Notes: generated by a model not told the origin, from the letters alone. Counted from the whole stretch's first letter, positions 14,176 through 27,435 are shown. The stretch: 63,576 nucleotides of DNA, filler included, from Octopus bimaculoides (GCF_001194135.2; 7 parts of 7 records of this genome joined end to end with filler, not necessarily neighbours in it), one strand, 5' to 3'. Program-made: numbers and translations.

Positions 14176-14582
14176 CACTTTATATATATATATATATATA
14201 CAGAAGAGCAAATGCTTAAAAGAAAAAAAGATAACTATAGCTGTGTTAGGAAGCATTTAAAAAAAATGTTTTTGTCGCAATGAAGATGGTTGCGTTCCGC
14301 ATTATTCGGTTCCCTTGATAACGCATTCGCTGTACAATATTCAGTTTGTTTCATCGATTCAAGGTCAGAGGTGAACACACAGACCAGTCACCTTTCATGT
14401 TAGATTTAATATATAATCTCAAAGCTGTAAATCATTTGGAGAAATAGTCATTGTTGTGGGGGAAAAAAAGAAGTTAGCGTTGAAACCTCGAGGGTTCTCG
14501 GATCAGTCCAGCTATTCAGTACTTTGGGCAAAAATCTTCGGTGTATAGTCCCTGACAGAGCTCAGGGTTAGTGAGCTGGTAA

Positions 14583-14817
14583 GGGCAGCGTGCTGGCAGA
14601 AACGTTAGCACGCCGGGCGAAATGCTTAACGGTATTTCGTCTGCCGTTACGTTCTGAGTTCAAATTCCGCCGAAGTCGACTTTGCCTTTCATCCTTTCGG
14701 AGTCGATAAATTAAGTACCAGTTACGCACTGGGTCGATGTAATCGACTTAATCCCTTTGTCTGTCCTTGTTTGTCCCCTCTATGTTTATCCCCTTGTGGG
14801 CAATAAAGAAATAAGAA
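14583..14817 (+). mobile_element. Full-length SINE family A with tail type 1
   Basis: Head, body, and tail aatccctttgtctgtccttgtttgtcccctctatg...gcaataaagaaataaga; the same tail occupies 1-76. Confidence 0.9.
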
Positions 14818-14847
14818 TTTTACAAACATAAAGTGTACGGAAATCCA

Positions 14848-14879
<32 letters not shown>

Positions 14880-15394
14880 TGTGTATGTGTGTGTGAGAGA
14901 GAGACGACCGGTGTTGATTTGTTTACATCGCCGTAACGTAGCAGTTCGACAAAAGGTGAAAGATAGAATAAATATCAGACCTACAAGAGATGTACCGGGA
15001 GGGGCGCGCGTTTTATTTAACTAAAACCTTCAAGACAATGCTCCAGCATGACCGCAGTCCAATGAGAGAAACAAGTAAAACGCAGAATGTATATGAGAGA
15101 GAAGAGGAAGAAAGAGAGAGAGATGTGTATATCTTTGTATTTTTATATACGGTTGTCATTTTAGTGCTTTGAGTTACGTCTTTTATTGACAAAAACGAGA
15201 CTTAACCAACAGGTAAACACAGGCAGGTACGAAACAGTATTAAGTAATGGGTTAATTACGAACGACTTGCAAACCGAAATCACTGAAGGCGGTGCTCCAG
15301 TATGGCAGGTGTCAGTCCGTTGATTAACTGAAACGAGTACTGGAATAAGAGAATATACAATTGCGTACTTTTTTTTTTTTTTACCTGTTTCGTT

Positions 15395-15600
15395 TTTATA
15401 TTTTTACTTGTTTTAGTCAGACTGCGGCCATGCTGGAGCACCGCCTTGAATTTTTAGTCGAATGAATCGACCCGAGTACTTTTTTTTAAAAGCCTGGTAT
15501 TTATTCTATCGGTCTCTTTTTGCCGAAACGCAATGTTACGGGACGTAAACAAACCAACTGGTTGTCAAGCGGTGGTGGAGGACAAACACACATACACACA
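15395..15600 (-). mobile_element. SINE family B tail
   Basis: gactgcggccatgctggagcaccgcc...gttacgggacgtaaac...gttgtcaagcggtgg. Confidence 0.85.
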
Positions 15601-15733
15601 CACACACACATATATATATATANNNNNNNNNNNNNNNNNNNNNNNNNNNNNNNNNNNNNNNNNNNNTTAATTAATTAANNNNNNNNNNNNNNNNNNNNNN
15701 NNNNNNNNNNNNNNNNNNNNNNTATATATATAT

Positions 15734-15770
<37 letters not shown>

Positions 15771-15829
15771 ATGAGACAGCAAAACCAAGGCTGTGTGGAA
15801 TTTTCAGGACATTTATAAAGAGAAAGTTA

Positions 15830-15882
15830 GTTTTACAGCTGTTTCGAGGATATTAGGGATATCCCTTCATCAGAGATGATAT
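15830..15882 (-). ncRNA. Minimal type I hammerhead ribozyme motif (Penelope-like/retrozyme type)
   Basis: Minus strand reads atcatct-CTGATGA-a-gggata/tccctaa/tatcct-c-GAA-ACAGCTGT-A. Intact core, helix II of about 6 bp, perfectly palindromic helix III (ACAGCTGT, 15835-15842), GUA cleavage triplet; helix I is degenerate. Confidence 0.65.
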
Positions 15883-16501
15883 GAGATGGTTAAATAGAGG
15901 AAAATGTTAGAGTTCAATATAAGGAGTTATTTTGGAAAAGGAAGGAAATAAGGAGTATAGAGGGAAATAAGAAGTATAGAGGGAAATAGGAGTATGAATG
16001 AAGAAATAAAAATAAAAATATATAAAGATGTTATAGTTGTAGTCCCATTATCCAAGGAAAGTGGTAGAAATGCTTCTTGTCTGTGGTATGTAAATTCCAA
16101 TAGGAGTTCATATTTTGTCATTACAAAGGGAAAGTATGGATGCGTAGATTCCATGTACTATTCATTCAAAGGGGTCTTGAGGTGTGAGTGAAATTTTGAG
16201 AATGTAGTGGTAGTATTAAGTGGATAGAAAGGGGAGAAGAGATGTGTATGTTAAAATGAGGAGAGAGGTGAAAAGGAAATGGTGAGAAAAGAAGAAGGAA
16301 AGAAAGAGGAAGAGAAAATGAAAACAAGAAGCAAAAATGAGATAATACCAGATAATACCGGACTGGCTTGGTGCTTCAACTTATGTACCTAATTCAACTG
16401 TCCGACGAACGGGAACGTGAAACTCTGAGTAACAACTTTTGAGATATTTTTGTTGCCTGTTAATAAAGTACACACACACACATACACATACATACATACA
16501 T

Positions 16502-16534
<33 letters not shown>

Positions 16535-17140
16535 TATATACATACATGCATATATATATATATATATGAGCGTCCAATAATACTATCCATATCACGTCCT
16601 CACTTTGTTGTTTCTTTGTTTTTTTGTTATTGTTTTTTTTAACTATATATATATATATACATACATNNNNNNNNNNNNNNNNNNNNNNNNNNNNNNNNNN
16701 NNNNNNNNNNNNNNNNNNNNNNNNNNNNNNNNNNNNNNNNNNNNNNNNNNNNNNNNNNNNNNNNNNNNNNNNNNNNNNNNNNNNNNNNNNNNNNNNNNNN
16801 NNNNNNNNNNNNNNNNNNNNNNNNNNNNNNNNNNNNNNNNNNNNNNNNNNATAGATGTGTGCGTGTGTCTGGAATTTGCCTTCACCTCCCCTTCCGCTGC
16901 ACAACCAGTGTTGGTTTGTTCACGTCCCCGTAACTCAGTGATTCAGCTTAAGAGACTGATAGAGGAGTACCAGGCTTTAAAAATATAAGTCCTGGGGGGG
17001 GGGTCGATTTGTTTAAGCTAAAACCCTTCAACGATGCCCCAGCATGGCCGCTGTCCAATCAAAGAAACAAGTAAAAAAACAATAAAAGATAAACACAGAA
17101 TGACAGACTGACAGACAGACAGATATAAATACATATACAC

Positions 17141-17171
<31 letters not shown>

Positions 17172-17180
17172 CAGACAGGC

Positions 17181-17211
<31 letters not shown>

Positions 17212-18148
17212 TAGATAGATAGATAGATAGATATACACACGTACATACATACATACAGACAGACAGACAGACATACAAAGCAGACAGACCGACCGACCGA
17301 CAAGCCCGACCGCCCGACCGACAGATAGACAGATACAAAAAAGAGAGACACAGAGAGAGATAGAGATAGAGAGGTGGAGGGGGAGGAAGAGTGCTATAAC
17401 ATTACTGCAGAGAGGCAGGCAAGCAGCGGCTATCCGCTGTTACCCAGTAACACTATCAGCACCGCCACCACCACCACCACCGTCACTACCACCATCATCA
17501 TATGAATCACTGACCTCATTATACAAATGTTTATTACAACTCTAAAATTCCCCCTTATGAAACTATCGAGGTGAGCTCACTTCTGGCACTGCCAGCTCCA
17601 CTCCCAGCGATGGTTCATCTCCCATCAACTTTCAGCTATTGTTTACTACCAAAATCCGGAATCGATACTCATTCACAACTGGAAGTTTTCAACGAAGGAA
17701 AGTCGACAAGTTTGACAATCTCCGCCAAAACCATGCCGTAACAAACCTCTGCTTTATCTATCCACAATTATATACGCACAATTATATACTCGTATATATA
17801 TATATATATATATACATATATGAATGTATACGCATTGCCGGACTGATTCGAAAGTAAGTTCATATATAACTAACTGTTGTTGTTGATGTTTATGCTTCCT
17901 TGGTGTAATATTTGGTGAGAAATTGTAAGATATTCTGGTCTTATGATTGTCTCGTGCTTGCTTTTTAGCCTTGTGTTAATGCTGATCGAAAGCATTCCAG
18001 CCGAGACCATCCCTTTTATATACGCGCCCGAACAATCCTGTATACGTATGTGTGTTTATATAAAGTTTGCGTATGTATGTATACGCATACATACACATAT
18101 ATACGTATATATACATATACATACACACCCGTCCACCCACTAACGTTC

Positions 18149-18230
<82 letters not shown>

Positions 18231-19269
18231 GAACATACATACATACCTATACATACTATGCGTGACAATAAGCGTGGGGTTTGACTGCTGCTTCTAGCAG
18301 ACCGAATGACCTCTATCAAGGACTCCTTTGTTCATAAGATCATACTGTTTTTTATTTATTTCCAACAGCTGATAGTGATTCGAGTGGAATTTGGTTGCTA
18401 TTTCTCGCAGGCTGATAGCAGAGCTGCCCCCCCCCCCACACCTGTTGCTCGACGTTCCGTTTTCTAGAGTTTACAAAGGAAGAAATATTTAGAGAAATAT
18501 TTCAAATATTTTTCCTTATAAAATATGCTCCAATGTTTTTTTAAGGTGCTGGGGCGTGGGGGTAGGGGGTTAGGATTCTTTTGTTTAAGGGGAGAAAATT
18601 AATAAATATTTATACAGAGGGAAACGAAGTTGGTTCGTACGTTCGTCGTCGCTGTTGTTTTTGTTGTGGTTTTGTAGTTGTTTAGTCACAGGTTAGCTCG
18701 ATCCAAGCACATTCCAGTCGTGACCATCTTATCTTTTTTATCTGGGAAATATTGGGACAACATCATGTAATATATCTTCATTTTAAGCATTAAGAATAAG
18801 ATTTGAATGCAATTTGGCTGCTATTTCTAGTGAGGTGACCATCTCTACAGGGTCCCTTAACTTACTATTTCGTACAACGTGGGAAGCCTCTCTCATTGGG
18901 TTTGTAAATTTGACAAGTAAATGGTGATACTCTCACAATCTCTTAGTTTAGATCTTATTATATATGACTGTGCGTCGAACAATGTACCCTGCAAATATTA
19001 TTTAGGAACGCCCACATATGAGAAATAACGCCACCGCCAAAATAGCGCGTAGTTTTAATTCTGTTGTGAAAGAGCGTTAAAGTTCAGGAGCATCATGGAG
19101 CTCAGCACGTTTCTTCGCCATTCTGATGGGGTTTTTTGGAGTAGCAGACCTTCGAAGTCCCATACCACACGAGAAAGGAAAAACAGTACCTTTTTTTAAC
19201 CTTCGCCCTTTTTGTAGTATTTCAGTTTTACATCAAACGGAAAATATGCTTATCAAATTTTTTTTAATG

Positions 19270-19610
19270 AATTTTTACTTGTTTCAGTCATTGGTCTACG
19301 GCCATGCTGGGGCACCATCTTGAAGGGCTTAGTCAAACAAATCGACCCCAGTCTGGTACTTATTGTATTGGTCTAATTTACCGAACCGCTAAGTTACGGA
19401 GATGTAAACAAACTAAAACCAATTGTCAAGCAGTGAGGTGGGATGGGAACACAAATACACGCACATCTTATCGGGTTTCGATACAGTTTCCATCTACGAA
19501 ATCCATTCACAAGGCTTTGGTCGGCCCAAAGTGCCACACAACGGGATTGAACCCAAAACCATACGGTCGCAAAGCTCGCTTCTAACCACACAACCGGGCC
19601 TGCTTCTACG
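19270..19610 (-). mobile_element. SINE family B (internally deleted)
   Basis: Reverse tail and body motifs as in the other family B copies. Confidence 0.8.
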
Positions 19611-19827
19611 AGTTCTTTTCCCCAAATTTAATCAAATGTTTCGCACACATTTTGCATGCTGATACTCACACTTTCATACCCCTTTTCTTTTCCAAAGATG
19701 CATGGGACTTCGAAGGACAACTGTTCCAAAATTCCTCCCTCACCACAAAGTTCTTTCATTCAAGCTGCCACAATACTAACCCGAGTACAGTTGTAATTGT
19801 TCCAAATATAAACACATAGTCAGGATA

Positions 19828-20035
19828 TGCTGTATATAAACATAGAAAGAGTGGTGTGTTGTATATAAACAGAAAGTATACTGTATATAGACATAGAAAG
19901 AGCGGTATAATGTATATAAATATAGAAATAGGGGTGTATTATAAATATAAACATAGAAAGTGGGGTGTATTATATATATATAAACATTAAAAAAATGGGG
20001 TGTGCTGTATATAAACATAGAAAAGAGTATGCCTT
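19828..20035 (+). repeat. Degenerate ~30-bp minisatellite, about 7 units
   Basis: Recurring tgtatataaacatagaaag...ggggtgt unit. Confidence 0.75.
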
Positions 20036-20190
20036 ATGTAATCAAAGTTTTCCAGGACAAACGAACTAAATAGTTATTTCTTTACCAAAAACGGCGTAAT
20101 TTTGAAGTCTTCGGAATAGCAACGAGACTGTTTGGTTATCGTAGATAACAGTCAAAATAACAATGCTGTGTTAGCATTCCTCACCAAATA

Positions 20191-20993
20191 AGCTGGCAGA
20201 GTGGTTAGCACGCCGGGCGAAATGCTTGACGGTATTTCGTCTGTCTTTACGTTCTGTGTTCAAATTCCGCCCAGGTCGTCTTTGCCTTTCATGCTTTCGG
20301 AGTCGGTAATTTAAGTACCAGTTGCGCACTGGGGTCGATCTAATCGACTGGCCCCTCCCCCAAGATTTCGGGCCTTGTGTCTAAAATAGAAAAGAATCGT
20401 TAGCACGCCGGTTCCTTACCAAATGCTATCATCATCGGCATTTCGCCTGTCTTTACGTTCTGAGTTCAAATTCCACCGAGGTCAACTTTGTCCTTCATCC
20501 TTTCGGGGTCGATAAATAAAGTACCAATTGCGTACTGGGGTCGATTTAATCGACTTACCCGCCACCCCGAAATTGGTGGCCTTGTGTCGGAATTTCAAAT
20601 TAATATTACTCAACAAGTTCAATGTAGACTTCAAGACATAGGCGTAGCTGTGTGTTAAGAAGCTTGCTTCCCAACCACATGGTTCCGGGTTCAGTCCCAC
20701 TGCGTGGCACCTTGGGCAAGTGTCTTCAACTATAGCCTCGGGCCAACCAAAGCTTTGTGAGTGGATTTGGAAGACGGCAACTAAAAGAAGCCCGTCGAAT
20801 ATATCTCTCTATATATGTGTGTGTGTGTGTTTGTCCCCCTGCCATCGCTTGACAACCGATGCTGGTGTGTTTACGTCTCTGTAACTTGACGGTTCGGCAA
20901 AGAGACCGATAGAATAAGTACTAGGCTTACAAAGAATAAGTCCTGGCGTCAATTTGTTCAAACTAAAAGGCGGTGCTCCAGCATGGTCGCAGC
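20191..20993 (+). mobile_element. SINE cluster: A (20191-~20395), A (~20395-20600), full-length B (20641-20993)
   Basis: Three consecutive recognisable heads and bodies; the B copy contains ggcaccttgggcaagtgtctt. Confidence 0.88.
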
Positions 20994-21352
20994 NNNNNNN
21001 NNNAATTTGTTCAAACTAAAAGGCGGTGCTCCAGCATGGTCGCAGCCAGATGTCTGGAACAAGTAAAAGAACAACAACAGCGTGGCTTTACTGTTGTTGT
21101 TGTTGGAGTATTAGCAGCATCGTTGATGTTGTTGTTGCTATTGTTGCTGCAAGAATTTATTGTTGCGACTGCTGCTGCTGCTGCTGTTGAAAATTCTAGC
21201 GAGTTCTGAATTGCCAGGAATCTTTCATCTTCGCTGCAGCCTCTTTCTTTCTCTCATTCCACCAAACGCCTTCACCAAAATGTTCTAACAATAGATCGTG
21301 TGTGTATGTGGGTGGGTGTATTCTTTTATTCTTTTACTTTGTTTCAGCCATT

Positions 21353-21437
21353 GGGGGATATTTCAAACCTGGGTTCTCATTCCTAAGGTATTTTTCAATG
21401 TTATTATTATTATTATTATTGATATTATTATTATTCA

Positions 21438-21476
<39 letters not shown>

Positions 21477-21645
21477 TTCTGGTTTAATAATAATAGTAAT
21501 AATAACATTGAAAAATACCTTAGGAATGAGAACCCAGGTTCGAAATTTCCTCAAGACACCTGATGAAGGCTGGAAGGTATATCCGTTAAATATAAGTAAT
21601 GTAAATTATGTACATAATTCCTCATCTCTTAAATATAGAACTGTA
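21353..21645 (+). mobile_element. Penelope-like pseudo-LTR remnant with an inverted partial copy and a deleted hammerhead
   Basis: 21353-21415 is the reverse complement of ~21495-21553, around (ATT)n-cactg-(AAT)n. CTGATGA-aggctgg at 21560 lacks the downstream GAAAC half. Confidence 0.5.
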
Positions 21646-21956
21646 TTATTCTTTGTAAGCCTGGTACTTAATCTATCGGTATCTTTTGCCGAACCGCTCA
21701 CTTACAGAGAAGTAAACACACCAAGATCGATTGTCAAGCGATGGTGGAGGGACAAACAAAGACACAAACATACACATATATACATATACATACGACAGGC
21801 TTCTTTCAGTTTCCGTCTACTAAATCCAGTCACAAGGCTTTGTTCGGTCCGAGGCTATAGTAGAAGACACTTGCTCAAGGTGCCATGCAGTGGAACTGAA
21901 CCCGGAACCATGTGGCTGAGAAGCAAGCTTCTTACCACACAACCACGCGTAAATAT

Positions 21957-21988
<32 letters not shown>

Positions 21989-22130
21989 TTATATACACAC
22001 TCATATATATAAATAGGACAGGCTTCTTTCAGTTTCTGTCTACCAAATCCACTCACAAAGTTTGGTTGGTCTCAGTGGAACAGAACCCGGGACCATGTGG
22101 TTGGGAAGCAAGCGTCTTACCACACAGCCA
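21645..22130 (-). mobile_element. SINE family B reverse copies (~21645-21950, ~22010-22130)
   Basis: Reverse head gtggaactgaacccggaaccatgtgg...cttcttaccacacaaccacgc. Confidence 0.85.
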
Positions 22131-22679
22131 CTTCCATTGTTTCGGTCATAAGACTGCTGGGACACCGCCTTCGGGGTTGTATTAGTTTATATATATACGT
22201 ATATTTACATANNNNNNNNNNTATATATATATATATATATATATATACATACATATATATACATATATATACATACATATATATACATATATATACATAT
22301 ATATACACATAAATATACATACATATATATATATACACAAATATATATATATATACACAAATATATATGTACACCCTCGCGTTGTCTGCTCCTTACGCAG
22401 AGTTTGACCACCTCCTGTACCTATACCTTAGAGTCATCATGGCGTCTGATGTGGCTTTTTAAACCAGACAATGTTCTGAAAAGACACCCACATAGGAATG
22501 AACCTAATATATATCTATATATGTACACGGTGAAACTAATTGAAATTGAAACCATATAATAGTGAGACTATTTTATCACATTACAATAGAGATGTTATTG
22601 TTTCACTCGTGATACCTAATACCGAAACAGCGTAAGAGATAAGAGATTGCTCCGGGCTCGCATTAGGCAAGAAGTTCAA

Positions 22680-22800
22680 AATTTGTTTAGCCCACGACAC
22701 TCCATGGACCCTAAGTAAGGCATGTGTAAAATTTGAATGAAATCGGTTGGGTTGTTCTCGAGTTTCAGTGGTGCACACATACACACAGAGATGCACAAAT
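22680..22800 (+). mobile_element. Possible non-autonomous Helitron-like 3' end
   Basis: cactccatggaccc...aaatttgaatgaaatcggttgggttgttctcgagtttcagtg followed by CA repeats resembles Lep1-type Helitron termini (recognition only). Confidence 0.35.
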
Positions 22801-23349
22801 CTCTGTGTGTATGCACAAATAGATATGTAAAGCTCATGGATTTATAAAATCAACTGGTGAAGGACTTCAACTTCGGGCCCAGTGCTTCGGACCCAAATGG
22901 AAACGGCGTGTAAACCCGTCATGTGTGTGCGCCCTCTTCAATTCTGAAGATCTTACCGTTTTTCTAACCTATCCCTGTCTCAAAGGGACCAATTGTGGTT
23001 AGATATGGAGAGCCAAGGCTACACCATCAACCTCGACCCCCAAGACTTGGCTGTCTCAAATGCTAGGGCTCATAGAGCCAGTTACCTGGCTTCATAGCGT
23101 ATAAGTGACCAAGACCACAGCATTGACCCCCTGAATGGGGTGCCGGTCCATAGCAGGTTTACTCGTTTACAGCAGAGTGGAGTGGAGTAATGTGAAATGA
23201 ATTTTTTGCTCAAGAACACAACGCACCGCCTGATCGGGGATCGAAACCACGATCTTGCGATCGTCGGTGCAACTCCCGAACCACTACGGATACTGCTAGT
23301 TCTTTAAAAATGCCCCCCATCCAAGACACGCTACATGTCACAACGGTGC

Positions 23350-24020
23350 CCCCTTCGAAACCATCAGGCCGTTGAAGGCACAATAACTTAATACTCAGAC
23401 GTGCGAACGGTTAAATGAATCTCGGAAATGTTTTGTGCCGCACTAAATCTGCAGGAGCTACTCTGAGGTGTCGTAAGCTTTTGCTCTAAAACCCTTCCGT
23501 ATCGTCAGCAGGTACTGCAGGGTCACAAACATTTCGCCCCTTAATATGTACGCTTCGCCTGAATAGGGCAGTGAGGACCGAATTAATCCTCGCCTGCGAA
23601 GGGTCCCATCTACGATCTCTTGACAAACATTCCCCTTGAGCTGGTTTAAGCTGCCATGCCTATCTTCTTGGTGGTTTTCTTCAGTCGTCTGCGCTCCAGA
23701 CTTATCGTCTGCCGGAATATGTAATCTAACAGTTTCGTTTATCTCCCTCTAACCGTCTTATCCTTTTATTTATTTATTTATTTATTTATAATCCTTTCAT
23801 ATGGGAGTGAACTCCCTTGCCATAGAAGACTTGTAGTGTCACACAAACATGTGATTTGTGCTGACTAATCAGAAGGCCGTATTCAGTCCATCATTTTCTT
23901 TGTTTAATACCTGTAACCAGAACGTTAGACCAAGGATTCAAGCGCGGACTAAATACATCCGCACTTTATGAAACCCTAGATTTCGGTCTAAATTCAACAT
24001 TTGATCTTTTCCGTTTGATT
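23350..24020 (-). mobile_element. Highly degenerate non-LTR retrotransposon fragment (possibly R4/R2-like)
   Basis: Stop-ridden minus translation contains LDR...H..RMYLVR..LGL and later SSCRF...ISEIH, echoing the RLE-LINE thumb and zinc-knuckle motifs. Confidence 0.35.
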
Positions 24021-25607
24021 CCCTGCGCCAAATTGTTTCTTTTTTTTTTTTTTTTTNNNNNNNNNNTTTTTTTTTTTTTTTTTTTTTGAAATTTTCTCCA
24101 GAGATCTCTCTTTGCATGCTAATTAACGAAAATCATTCAGTGAAGAACCATTAGAAATTAATATTTTACTAATCTAAGCCGATCAAGAAGCTTCCATTAA
24201 CGACATATCGGAATTGCCGTGTGTTTTCATCTTATTTGCTTCAACAAATAAGCAATAACGAACACTTCTGATTGGCCAGAATTGGCAAAAAATTTCAGCC
24301 TTTAATGAAACGTAACATCTTAATTTCTAATTTCTCAAATAAATGCATATTAATGTGATTCTCGTAGTTAGCGTACAATATTAAGTCATCAGTTATCGCT
24401 TACACCCGTTTCAATTTATAGATTACAGCCATGCTGGAGCACCACCTGTAATCTTTCCGATTTATGTTTTTTTACAGACGATCCTTTTCACTCCTTAGTG
24501 TTTACAGAGAGCACGTGGTTTATACACTTTTGCTCTTTAACTTCTTTCAGCCATTTGACTGCGGCCATGCTTGACAACCGGTGTTGGTATATTTACATCT
24601 TCGTAACATTAGCGGTTCGGCAAAACAGACCAATGCAATAATACTAGGCCGAAATAAAAACAACTAAATAAATGAATAAATAAATAAACACCGGCGTCAA
24701 TTCGTCCGACTAAAATCTCTCCAAGGTGTTGCCCCAGCATGGCCGCAGTCTAATAACTGAATCAACTAAAAAATTAAAGATAAATCGGTCTCCAGGAATA
24801 GAATCAAAAATATTTTTATTCCACTCAGCGTTACGTCTTCTTTCTTTTCGTCCTCATCACCAGAATCTCACGCACTGTTAATTCCCCCCCCCCCNNNNNN
24901 NNNNNNNNNNNNNNNNNNNNNNCCGCTCTCTCTCTCTCTCTACCTCTCCCTCCTCACACACTGTCACTGTTCTTCTCTCTCTCTTTCTCTCTCTAGCTTT
25001 TCCTCATTCTTTGCGGCTTTTCTTCCTCACCCTCTCTCTACCTATCTTCTTCTCACTTTATTACTCTCCCTCTCTAACTTTCTCTCCTTTCCCTCAAACC
25101 TTTATCTCTCCCCCTTTCTTGCTAATTTCCCTCACACCGTTACTTTCCCCCTTCTCTCTCTCTATGTTCTTACATACTGTTACCTCCCTTCTCCCTCTCT
25201 CTTAAACGCTCTTCTCTTCCCCATCCTCTCTCCATCTTTCACTTACCGTTGACTCTACCTACTCCCCTTATCATTCACTCAAATGCACTTACTCTGTCTC
25301 TGTCTGTCTGTCTCTCTCTCTCTCTTTCCCTCTCTCTCTATCTATCTCTATCTTATGCACTGTTATTCTTACTCCCCTCTCTCTCTGTCTCCTCACACAC
25401 TACCCATCGCTCTCAACCTTTCTAACTCCCCACCTCCTCATTTAATCTCCCCCACCTACCACCACTGACATACTGACCTAATTACTTAACGACCAAATTA
25501 ATGACGAACTAATGACGAACTAATGACATGGTCAATGATCTGCTGGAATTAACACTTAATTTTTTATCAGCTCATACCCCTACCGTCTTAAAAATAAGTT
25601 ACAGCGG

Positions 25608-25782
25608 CACTAGTGTAGCTAGAGGCGGGTGGCGGGGCTGCAGGAGTGGTCCGCTTCGGGCAGCACTTTTAAAAGGGACACCACTTTTGGGTCTGCTGTA
25701 GGCAATATGTGTCTTTTGTGGGGTCCGGGGGAGGAAAGCAGAAGGGCCGTTCCGAGTGGCACACACTCTAGCTACGCTAGTG
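25608..25782. mobile_element. 175-bp MITE with 17-bp TIRs and an 8-bp TSD (hAT-like)
   Basis: TIRs cactagtgtagctagag (25608-25624) and ctctagctacgctagtg (25766-25782), 1 mismatch. TSD tacagcgg (25600-25607) / tacagtgg (25783-25790). Confidence 0.8.
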
Positions 25783-26328
25783 TACAGTGGATACTATATA
25801 CCTGGGTACAATATACCTAAAAAAAGGACATACAAAAGAAAAGGAGGTGATTATGGCTGAGAGATATGTTTTTGTGCCTTCATTAGATGAAACAAGGGTA
25901 CTGTCTTGTTTATACTGGATTGATCCAGTTATATAGAATCACATACGCTTCCCTCCTCATGTACGTTCCCGTCGCTTTATATTCAACCACTCGCCGCCGG
26001 CTGCTAGTTTTAACCAGGCTCGGCAGGCAGCTGTCTCCCTCTTCACCGGCTGAACAAACAAATAGTCAGAGAATCCACTAGAGGTGAAGGTTACCCGCAA
26101 GTTTAACATAACGTAAATTGTCCCGTTTTTTTTAAAAATTTTATATATAAAATGTGAATATTTGAGATACATTATTTTTGTTTATTTTATTTTGCATAGT
26201 CATTGAACATAGCTCCAAATAATTTTCAATTAGTTGTTGAGCACTTTCATTGAATAAATATCTTGATTTGATGAATTACGATGAACATTGTGTGGATCAT
26301 GGATGTCTAGTTATCACACGCACGCACG

Positions 26329-26373
<45 letters not shown>

Positions 26374-26383
26374 NNNNNNNNNN

Positions 26384-26446
<63 letters not shown>

Positions 26447-26808
26447 ACGATTAAGCATAGCAGAAGTAATAACTAGTTCTTAGAACATAGTATGCTTATG
26501 TTTTGGAGTAAAGCATTAGGTGAGTACGGAGCGTTATACCAAGTTATGAATGAGAAAAGAAACAGGAAACGTGTAATAAACTTTGTTAGCCGTATGTGTG
26601 TGTGTGTGTGTTTGCAGGTGGATGTGAGCGCGTGGGTGTGTGTGAATCCGTATGTAAAAGAAGCTCGCCTCTTCCGACATTTCTGAGACCAATTCCAGTC
26701 AATGGCGCCTTCGGTAAACGTCTTTTACCATTATTTCGGGTCCAAGACTAGAAAGTAAAATTGGGAAGGCGGAAACTATAGAGAAGTCCATCGAATGGAC
26801 CATATTCT

Positions 26809-26921
26809 CTGGCGTCCGTTATTACCGCTACACCGTTATCGTTAATATATGTAAACTCTTCAACGAAATTAAGTGCCCTATCTAACAGCCCTGTCGATAT
26901 AGACGGACAAAGTTCTACACA
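26809..26921 (-). mobile_element. Penelope-like (Naiad-type) reverse transcriptase fragment
   Basis: VELCPSISTGLLDRALNFVEEFTYINDNGVAVITDAR matches the PLE RT segment D(I/V)xxFYPSIxxxLLxxALxF...IIxxAR. Confidence 0.65.
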
Positions 26922-26997
26922 CGAAAGTACACACACACATTTGCATTTATGTTTGCATAGAGATAAGCACATGCATTCATACATACCCACTGGCTGA

Positions 26998-27435
<438 letters not shown>

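Noticed and set aside
15667-15678. Identical TTAATTAATTAA islands inside N gaps (also 33862, 47730, 53015, 56890, 62262)
   Set aside because: Palindromic 12-mer with stops in all six frames, always embedded in Ns: an artificial scaffolding linker, not biology.
19828-20035. Regular ~30-bp repeats as a possible CRISPR array
   Set aside because: Units are adjacent and degenerate with no unique spacers or cas genes; eukaryotic context.
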